Positions 49,589-58,945 of a stretch of DNA of 64,000 nt are shown piece after piece. Each line of letters starts with the position of its first letter. Within the stretch, counting starts at the first letter, position 1. Under the pieces are notes generated by a model that was not told the origin of the DNA, ran no database searches, and saw only the letters and a list, made by a program, of their open reading frames with translations. Position numbers and translations under genes: made by a program. Where the stretch lies: the NCBI GenBank assembly GCA_043228905.1, contig JBHGNT010000011.1, forward strand, positions 7,316,001 to 7,380,000, in the 5' to 3' direction. The stretch is from Azolla caroliniana. Taxonomy: Eukaryota; Plantae; Polypodiophyta.

Positions 49589-52500
49589 TCATTTCCATCC
49601 AAGTCTCTCGAAGAGAAGCGGAAGGTCAAAGGGTTGCGATGTGGATGTGGCCCGTGGTCCCCATGTAAGAGGTACCCCAACCATAGCTTCTAGTCGACGT
49701 AGCTCACGTTCCCTTATCTTCTTAATCTTGTCTACTCCACGTTGACTTGTTTTGAAGCCCAACATTCGAGGGCGTTTCGTTGTTCTTTGCATTTCTGCTT
49801 CCTCAAGGGAGAGGCCGAGCGGCGTAAGTGTATCCACATTCATCGTCTCCCCTTGTTCCTGAAAAATTACACTAGTTACATGGTGATGAATACTAAGAGG
49901 GTTATCGTTAGCACTTTGTAATTTATTCTCCCTATGTTGTTTTAGGTCTAAGATATATCTACCTAGTCTCTTTACATTCGGGGTATCTAATAGTTTGGAG
50001 AGGGTGGGAGAGGGTCCTAGTATTTCTTGGTATTCCGCTCGTATCTCGGCATAAGTTGGGCATTTGCATGTGATGGCATAACCTACATAACCTTTCCTCT
50101 CTAGGGACTCTATTAGCCCGACCATTCTCAATCTCAAGTTGGTGAGATGATATCCTAAGTTGTCCAATGGCCACCCTTAGTGCATTTGATAAGAATGTAT
50201 CTAAATATCTTGGTCGTGTAATAAAGCCTAGCGTAGAGAAGCGCAAGAAGTGTTCCTTATAGTACACCATTTTAGATGGGAGTGGTTCTCGTGGGGTGAT
50301 CCATTTGTATCGAGTGTAAATTTGCCATATTTCTTGGCGTATCACTTTATTACGATCTTCGTGAGAGATTAAAGTTTGATCAGTCCCATGGTTGTACTTA
50401 AGGGGAGGTAGGTTATTAATGTCTATGCCGTTCGCACGGAGCCAACTCACCACGATGCTATACCAAGAGCTAGTGTCGCCAGACACATATAAAGATCGAG
50501 ACGCCTCAAAGGCTCGACGGGATATCCTATCTTGTGGTTGGCTATGTATCCGATGAATAAAAACTACCACTTGAAAGAGTGCTTCTACTAACATCGGGGG
50601 TAGACTGAACTCAGCTCTAATAATGTCATGTGGTACTGTCGATTTGCTTCGGAGTTGACGTGATAACATCGTCACTAAAGGTCTCTCTAATTGCGTCCAC
50701 ATGAAAGATGGTAAACCTGGAGCCCATACTACTGATGCATACATGAGGGACGGGGTCACTAATGAGTCAAAAAGCCATCCCTTAGTCCGTGGCTCTTGAA
50801 AGTATGCCTGATGGCATTGTCTCTCTAAGAGTGAGAGGGATGCATACCCTCTCGTTAGCCTATCTTTGGCTGCCTGGGTCATCGAGAATTTACCTGAGCG
50901 AGCACTAAAGGTGACTCCCAAGTATACATACGATCCCACTACCTCAACTGGTTTATGAGAGAGGATTAGGTGACATTGACTCCTAACTCGGGACGATGTA
51001 TGAAAGATAAGGACTTTAGTTTTCGCTAAATTCACTACCAGTCCTCGTTGTGTACAAAAGTCATCCAGGGCATTAAGATGCTTTTGTAGGTCGTGTTCCG
51101 ACTCTGAGAGCAAGACAATGTCGTCTGCGTAGAGTAAGAGACTAACTTGCGTCTCCCCAATAGCTACTCCCTTGCCTCCCTTACGAGCAATAAAATCAGT
51201 GATCTCATCAATGTAGATCCCAAAAAGAGTCGGTGATAGGGGGCAACCCTGTTTTACACCAATGGTGCTAGTGAAACAATCGGATAGGCCACCTGGGCAT
51301 CTTACACACCCAGAGACTTGCTCATATAGGGCATAAATGGCCCAGATCATGTCATCTGGTATCTCCAAGCTCTTAAGTCTATCAAACAACCTTTCCCTAG
51401 GAACCGTGTCAAAGGCCTTGCGAAAGTCCACAAAGCAACAATATAGTTTCTTCTTACGAGCCTTTGTCTGGTCAATTAAGCACCTGAGTGTGAAGATATG
51501 GTCAATAGTGGAGAAGGCTCGTCTAAAGCCAGCTTGCTCAGGTGCTCGAAGACTTAATGTTTCCATATAATCACTGAGCTCCGCTTCCATTACTGCACCA
51601 TATAGTTTAGCGAGCGTATGACCTATCATAATGGTCCTATATGTATTTGGGTCCACTGAGTCCCCTCCTTTATGTATAGGGGCCACTGTGTTCATGGCCC
51701 ATTGTGGTGGAAAACCCTCAGCGAGGGCGCGGTTGAAGATTAGAGCGAGAAGGGGGGCTAGGCACTCTCGAGCATATATGATGTGCTCGGCACACAATCC
51801 TGTGTGGTCCATGGATTTCCTATGTTGTAATTTTTTGATGACCTTCGTGACCCTAGAGGTCGTGAAAAGTGTCCCCATGGTAGGTCGAGGTGTGGAGGGC
51901 ATTGGAATGGGTGGTTGGTTCGGGACATGGTAGAGTCTCTCAATATATGTGTGCCAAATATTGGGATCCTCGATGGGTGTTTGTGGTCTCGGTTCCCGTA
52001 GCCTCTTCCATGCGAGGGCACAATCCCTACTCATGAGCATATGGTAGAGTTCCCAATATTGAGATGCTTCCCAAGCCCGTCTTTTACGACGTGTCATCTT
52101 GCGCATCTCTTTGCGAGCCTGTACTGAGGAAATAGTACCACTAAGCCGCGATACTTTAAGTTGTCTATACAACTCTCTACAATCCTCATCATACCACTTG
52201 TTCTGTGGCATAGACCCAACTCTACTATGATTGGAGTCTTTCGTGTATGGGAAGCTACTAGTTGTTGCTGAGTGGAGGATGTGTGTGAGTTCTGTAGTGA
52301 GGTGCTCTAAAGACAAGGAAGAATCAAAAGAGGAGAGATGCGCTTGAACATGTCGAGAATAGATGTCAGCGAGCTCATGCGTGAAATGTATTATGGTGTG
52401 ATGGGTTGGTTTACTAGAGTTGGTGGCGTGGGAGGCGTCACATTTTAGCTCAAAGTATAGGAAGCTATGGTCTACGCCAATGGGGCATGGGGCCACCCGG

Positions 52501-53306
52501 AAGGAGCTAACCATGTGGGTAGCTTCAGGGCGTCCTATTAGGTAATCAACTGTGCTTTCCCCTCCTCCATGTGGGAAACATGTGAGCTCTTCCGAGCCCG
52601 GCCACTTGGCTAAGCCATTATATATGATCATCTGGTGTCGGCTTCCAAGTTCAAGCAGATGATGGCCAAAGCTTGTGGCGTCCGCACCTTGATCTTTTGA
52701 TGTACGTGTTATGCCTAAGGCTAAAGGGTCGACATTCACCATTTCTAGGTTTCTATCCATCTGAAATATTGTGCATTGGCGGGATTGGGTTCTCGCATTG
52801 AAATCTCCTACAAGGAAGACTTCCCATTGAGAAGAATATCGGATTATGTCATCCGATAAAGGTTCGTATGGAGAAGGCCCATGTGGCGTTCCTTCATCAA
52901 CTATACTCGCCACTCCAGCCATATTATACCAAGATCCTTTCGGGGGGAAGTAACAAATGGCAATAAATATCACCTGATCTTTGCTAGTGAGTACTTTCAC
53001 CCACATAAAACGGGCTTCTGGGTCTTTCTTTAGTATTTCTATCCTACTATGTATCTCTCTCCGAAATAATATCGCAACCCCTCCAGACCCTCTAGTAGTG
53101 TGTCGACGTGAGGTTTGTCTAAAGACGGATTCCCAACGAAAACCATCAACTCGTGGTAATCCTCGATTTGGACTTTGATGTGTTTCTACCAAAAAAAGTA
53201 TATCAGATACCCTCAAAATCTCCTCTAGACGGCCAGGGTGTGTCCAAAGTGCACCATTACAATTCCATAAACTCATCCTAAGTCTATTATTTGTCACATG
53301 GGCCAC
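49589..53306 (-). pseudogene. LINE ORF2: AP endonuclease, reverse transcriptase and C-terminal zinc motif; frameshifted near 50072
   Basis: WNCNG, FLVET, VGDFNAR, STVDY and DH (APE); VDFRKAFD, QGCPLSP and LLYADD (RT). A net 26-nt deletion relative to copy 1 removes IEIEDEYHF and shifts the last part to another frame. Confidence 0.9.
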
Positions 53307-53312
53307 ACGCCG

Positions 53313-54104
53313 TCAATTGGCAGCGCGATCATTTATTATGACCCGTCCGTCTCGGTAGAAGGCACGATGCCCCTCTTTACGAGCTTGTATGACTCGCGGC
53401 ATACAAGTTTTACGATGCTCAATTTGCATCTTGGTCAAGTCTTCATCGAGGTAGATGGGCTCCCCGCCCAATCCTCGAAGAATTGGTCTCTTTTTAAAAA
53501 AGGCGATTCTAGATTCCGAGTCCTTAAATTGAAGAACTAAAGCTCTTTTCCTAGTGGTGTCACGCCCTACCCTCCAAGTTTTAGTGATTGGTAGGGCTTC
53601 ATATCCCAACATTTTACCCAAGGTTTGTGCATCTTCGTCGGGAGATGCCCCTTCCTTGAGCCCAGTAACTCGTACATTTAGGCGTCGAGCTTGACGCATC
53701 TTTTCCTCCTCGAGGGTAGTGTTTACAATATTTTCGTCCTTTAGTTCTTTTTTAATATTACGTTTTACTACATCAACCCACCCAGTTTTTGCTAGTTCCA
53801 TATCACTTTTAACCTCTTCTTTAACTTTTTTTATCTCGTCCTTAATATCCTCTAGAGAAGATATTTCACCATCTTCCCTAGATGTTTCAAGGTCCTTAAT
53901 TCGTTTTTGAAGGTTTACGTTATCTACCTTAAGTTTCGCTACTTCAGCAATAAGCAATTCTCTTTCTTCCTTATCTTTTTGTTTTTCAGCTTCAATTTCT
54001 TTCACCCATTTTTCCATTTTAACGAACCGGTTAAGGACATCTAAAAAATCTTCCTTACTTATAATTTCTTCGTTTGTTTCCTTATGGTTTCGTCGAGAAG
54101 TCAT
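53313..54104 (-). CDS. LINE ORF1: coiled coil plus RRM-like RNA-binding region
   Basis: Heptad-like K/E-rich N-terminus, then RRLNVRVTGLKE...RALVLQF...IYLDEDLT, typical of LINE ORF1 proteins. First ATG at 54104. Confidence 0.82.
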   Translation of the reverse strand: MTSRRNHKETNEEIISKEDFLDVLNRFVKMEKWVKEIEAEKQKDKEERELLIAEVAKLKVDNVNLQKRIKDLETSREDGEISSLEDIKDEIKKVKEEVKSDMELAKTGWVDVVKRNIKKELKDENIVNTTLEEEKMRQARRLNVRVTGLKEGASPDEDAQTLGKMLGYEALPITKTWRVGRDTTRKRALVLQFKDSESRIAFFKKRPILRGLGGEPIYLDEDLTKMQIEHRKTCMPRVIQARKEGHRAFYRDGRVIINDRAAN

Positions 54105-54662
54105 CTTGTAATTCAAAAGATAAAGAAAGAAAAAGACAAAAGGACAGAAAAAACTTAGCCGAGCATCGACGTCTTTCGTGCTAGATATGAGTGTAGAAGC
54201 ACATGTATGCTTGTTTCAGCCGGTGACGTCGTCCGGTAAGTGAAGTACCACGATGAAGGGCAACGGCTACACACGATAAAAGCGGCCAAGAATCGAGGAC
54301 GGCGACAATCGGCAAACAACACGCCCAAGAACGACGGTAGACGAAAGAAGATGGCAACGGTGACGGCGACGGCGACAGTCGGCAGACGGCAGACGGCGGC
54401 AGCAGACGACGACGACCGTCGACAGACGACGGAGACGGCGGCAGCAGACGGCGGCGACAGTCAGCAGACGACGGCAACGACGGCAGCAGGCGACGGCGGC
54501 GTCAGCAGCAGCAGCGACAACAGGCGGCGTCGTCGGCAGCAGCAGACGACGGCGACAGCAGGCGACGCGGCTGCAGACGACGGCGGCAACAGATGACGCG
54601 GCTGCAAACGACGGCGGCAGCAGATGACGGCCACGTAACGGTCAAAACAGAGAGAGAGAGAA

Positions 54663-54708
<46 letters not shown>

Positions 54709-55384
54709 TGTGTGTGTGTGTGTGTGGGCATTGAGAGAGAGAGAAAGAGGTCGTTGCCTCTGTTGTAACCGCCGCTTGTGGCGAGGATCGTGAGCACGAG
54801 GTCGTTGCCTCCGTGAACTCACTGTTGTACATTCTAGCATAGTGATAGTTTGCAGTCTGCGGGCTGCCGTGGTTTTTCCCTTAGTTTGGGTTTTCCACGT
54901 AAACATCTTGTGTACACTTCTCTTCTTCGTGTCGTTCATTATTTCCCGTTTCTGTGTATGATTCTAAGCTCGGTTGTGGCCGAGCGTTGCGTATAGGGAG
55001 CGTGCAGTTCCTGTCAACGAGCTCAATCGGATCTGGATCGGCTGAATAAGCCAGAGCCAGATCAGTGTCTGGATAGCATCTAGAACCTAGAGCCGGATAG
55101 TGGATCGGAGAGCGGGATTCGCGTGTGAACCAGTAGGCCATTAAGAGGCCTATGCTTCTAGACCACTAGGTAGCTAATGTTCTTGTAGTTAGTGTTAGGG
55201 GCTCAGTACGAGCATTGAAGTACTTGTTAGTACTTCGGTCAGTCCTTCAAGGACTTGTATAAATAGTGTTGTTGAGCACATTTTATATTGAGTGAGAGTT
55301 TTTAGTGTTTAGGAATATACACGTTTTCTGTGTTATGATCTAACTCTGTCTCTCCTGTGTAAGGTTTCCATTAAATTTGTGTTT

Positions 55385-55586
55385 GTATTCTTTTACAATC
55401 ATCATTTAAATGTTAAGTGAGTGTGAGGCTCAAAGGTGTCTGACAACCATCTTCACCCAATTCGCCATCAAAAGGGTCTTAGCTTCTGCAGTCGTATTCT
55501 TTTACAATCATCATTTAACTGTTAAGTGAGTGTGAGGCTCAAAGGTGTCTTACAACCATCTTCATCAAATTCGCCATCAAAAGGGT
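55385..55586. repeat. About 93-bp direct duplication spanning the copia E LTR end and its flank
   Basis: gtattcttttacaatcatcattt...cgccatcaaaagggt occurs at 55385-55477 and 55494-55586 with a 16-nt spacer. Confidence 0.85.
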
Positions 55587-56212
55587 ATACGTTGGTCCGA
55601 CCCGCAAATGACATCGAGGAGGGATAAAGTATGAAAGTTGATTTCTCATAAGAATAAAGCAAACCATCGCTCCATTAAAACCACAATAATAGATCAAGTT
55701 TCGGTATGGATTAATCATTAGACATTGTCTCATGACACCATGATAAGATCCCACACTTATTTATGAAGGGATTGAGGCGATCTTTTCTTCCAAGTATAGT
55801 AAGCATGGGCATTGTAGTGCGTGGATGCTGAGTCAGGCCTTTTTTGTACAATTACTCACAAAGTAACATTCATCCAACAAGCTCGAGCCTAATGGCATGT
55901 GCAGACAAACACATTAATCCATGGTATTTCCACACTACGACTCAAGATTAGATAGAAGCAATGAAGTTTAGACAAAACAAGTTGTTAATGATGTGAGGGA
56001 GCGGGTTGTATGGAACAGAGCCGCATGTGAGGACCTTGTGTGAGATCTCATGGGTTAGGGTGAGTGAATGCATAATAATAATGTTAGAATATCATAGAGG
56101 AGAAAGATTCAAAAAGTGAGTAGGATATATGTGTATGTGTATGTGTACATGTGAGTGTAAGTGTATGTTTATACATATGTATGCATATAAAATCAATGCA
56201 CATAAAAGGAGA

Positions 56213-57707
56213 GAAAGAAAGAAAGATATATTAACGTCTTCTAAGGCCAAATTTGGCCCATGAGACAATCAGTTTACAACAAAAATGGGGTATTTACCCA
56301 TTCATCGAAAGAAAAAATAAATAAATAGAGCTTAAGCTAAATGGTTCTAATAAAAAAACATGTTCTATAAGGAAATGGCTTTATACTAGGCCTACTTTCA
56401 TTTCCATCCAAGTCTCTCGAAAAGAAGCAGGAGGTCAAAGGGTTTCGATGTGCATGTGGCATGTGGTTCCAATGTAAGAGGTACCCCAACCATAGCTCCT
56501 AGGCGACATAGCTCACGTTCCCCTATCTTCTTAATCATTTCTACTTCCGCGTCGAGTTGCTTCGATGCCCAACATCTAAGGGTGTTTGGTTGTTCTTTGC
56601 ATTTCCACTTCATCAAGAGAGAGGTCGAGTGGCGTAGGTGTGTCCACATTTATTGTCTCCCCTTGTTCCTAAAAAAATACATTAGTTTCGTATTGGTGGA
56701 TATTAAAAGGGTCATCGTTAACACTTTCTAATTTATTCTCCCTATGTTGTTTTAGCTCTAAGATATACCTACCTAGTCTCTTTATATCCGGGGTATCTAA
56801 TAGCTTCGAGAGGGTGGGAGAGGGTCCTAGTATGTCTTGGTATTTCACCTTTATCTCGGCATAAGTTGGAGACTTACATGTAAAGTGATGCTCATCCTCT
56901 ATCTCTATGTGACATAACCTACATAGCCTTTCCTCTCTAGGGACTCTATTAGCACGACCATGCTCAATCTCAAGTTGGTGAGATGATATCCTAAGTTGTC
57001 CAATGGCCACCCTTAGTGCATTTGATAAGAATGTATCTAGATATCTTGGTTGTGTAATAAAACCTAACCGAGAGAAGTGCAAGAAGTGTTCCTTATAATA
57101 CAACATTTTAGATGGGAGTGGCTCTCGTGGGGTGATCCATTTATATCGAGTGTAAATTTGCCATATTTCTTGGAGTATCACTTTATTACGCTCTTCATGA
57201 GATATTAGAGTTTGGTCAGTCCCATGGTTATACTTAAGGGGGGGTAGGTTATTAATGTCTATGCCGTTTGCAAGTAACCAACTCACCACAGTGCTATACC
57301 AAGAGCTAGTGTCTCCAGATGCATGTAGGGATCGAGATGCCTCAAAGGCTTGACGAGATATCCTATCTTGTGGTTGGCTATGTATCCGATGAATAAAGAA
57401 TACCACTTGGAAAACTACTTCTACTAACATTGAGGGGCAAACTGAACTCTGCTCTAATAATGTCATGTGGTACCGTCGATTTGCTTTGGAGTTGACGTGA
57501 TAACATCATCACTCTAATTGCGTCCACATAAAGGATGGTAGACCTAGAGCTCATACGTACTACTACCGATGCATATACATGAGGGAAGGGGTCACTAATG
57601 AGTCAAAGAGCCATTCCCGTAGTCCGTCCGTCCGTGGCCCTTGAAAGTATGTGTATCATACCCTCTCGTTAGTCTATATCTTTTGACTGCTTTGGGTCAT
57701 CGAGAAT
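56213..57707 (-). mobile_element. LINE copy 3, heavily 5'-truncated
   Basis: Collinear with copy 2 from the (TTTC)n tail to gggtcatcgagaatt. Retains RLCRLCHIEIEDEHHF and ...FERLGWK. Confidence 0.92.
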
Positions 57708-57893
57708 TGCCATTTGTTAAACAAGATTGGAGACGATAAATTTGTAGATTTCGGAAACCAGACAAAAAAGCTTTTGATCCTTATTTTGTTTCCTTTGGCG
57801 TGTTTGTTTTTTTCTGACCTTCCATCCACTCTCTTGCTGAACAGAAACAGAAATCAGAAACAGATCGATCAGGTCTTCCCTCTGTGCTAAACT

Positions 57894-57947
57894 TAGGGTT
57901 TGGAAGCTCCGTTCCTCTCCTCCCCCTCCCCCCCCCCCCCCCCCCCC
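57894..57947 (+). promoter_or_regulatory. Telo-box (TAGGGTTT) and C-rich tract in the probable PEX10 leader
   Basis: TAGGGTTT at 57894-57901, a run of about 20 C at 57928-57947, and a candidate donor G|GTAAAC near 57982. Confidence 0.4.
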
Positions 57948-58589
57948 TCTCTGTTTTCCCGCTGAATTTCATCTCAAGCAGGGTAAACTTGTTTAGGTCA
58001 TCTGTTATTTTTGTACGTCCTCCTTTATGGATTTGCCCTTTTATTTTGTTATTTTTCTGTCATGCCATGTAAGGTAAGATGCAATATATATATATATAAT
58101 TCCATATTTTTTCGTTGTTTTTCATATTCTTTTTCAGAGCCAAGATTCTTTGGAAATCGTCAGAACTTTCCTGGGGATGCTCGGGTCTTATTTTAGAAGG
58201 TTAGTTTCTCTTATGGATTCTTCGTCTCATGGAAATTATACAGAAATACGTAATAGTTAAAAGGACCCATTTGATGCAACTATATACTTTCATAAGTCTG
58301 TTGTGGCTTCTTGTTGCGGTATTTATATGTAAATCTAGATGGACTTCTTGACTATAGTTTTGTTGAAATGGATCCTTTTGATGCAATCATATGATTTAAG
58401 GCATATATACTCTACCCAAGTATTTAAGGTTATGACCATTTTCGATAATGCATTTAGTTGCATGGAGTGTATTCATTAACTTAAAACCTTTGTTTATAAT
58501 TATTCTATGCATGCATCCATATGCCAGATGTGTGACAATACAAAATCCATTGAACAAAGTCCCAAAACTGCATTGCATGTGATATATAT

Positions 58590-58935
58590 ATTCCCTGATG
58601 CCAAGAATGTTGTATGTAGCTAATAATACTGGATGTGGCATATGTAATCTCTGATGAAAATGAATTTCGTACCTCTGATGACAAGGAATGTTATATGTGG
58701 GGGACGTGTAATCTTTTTGATATTTAAGAATGTTGTGTGGGGCCTATGTGTGTAATATCTCACAACAAAGGATGTTGTATGTGAATACGTATGTAGTGTC
58801 TCACGACAATGAATTTTTGTATGTGGCATATGCATGTATGTAAACATTCTGATGATAGAGAATTTTTGTGGCATATGTATGTAATCTCTTTGGTGATAAA
58901 GAATGTTATATGTGACATTATGTGATCTCTAAAGG
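58590..58935. repeat. Degenerate roughly 40-bp tandem repeat just upstream of the PEX10 start codon
   Basis: About 8-9 recurrences of ctctgatg..aagaatgtt.tatgtggcatatg..tgtaat. Confidence 0.6.
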
Positions 58936-58945
58936 TTAGATAAAC

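Larger units (their letters stand above)
49361..54648 (-). mobile_element. LINE copy 2, apparently full-length, two ORFs (RTE-group/RTEX-like)
   Basis: GC-rich repetitive 5' UTR, ORF1, ORF2 (APE-RT-zinc), 3' UTR and (TTTC)n tail. Flanked on both sides by (GA)n. Confidence 0.93.
48918..55016 (+). mobile_element. Solo LTR (copia A/F-related) interrupted by full-length LINE copy 2
   Basis: TG...CA termini with 5-bp TSD ACGAG (48913-48917, 55017-55021). Contains three 54-bp tandem repeats (about 49004-49165). Confidence 0.88.
37140..55397 (+). mobile_element. Ty1/copia element E (family of D), 3' half, host to nested insertions; pieces 37140-37721, 42325-43147, 48527-48917, 55017-55397
   Basis: RT LYELKQALRAW and LLYVDDL; RNaseH YTNADWAG...IYCDN; pol extension rejoined across TSD CGAAT; PPT ttgagggggag 48892-48902. 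The 3' LTR starts at 48903, is rejoined across TSD ACGAG and ends ttttaca at 55397. Confidence 0.85.

Noticed and set aside
54181-54939. ORFs over the LINE 5' UTR and microsatellites
   Set aside because: Translations of simple repeats.
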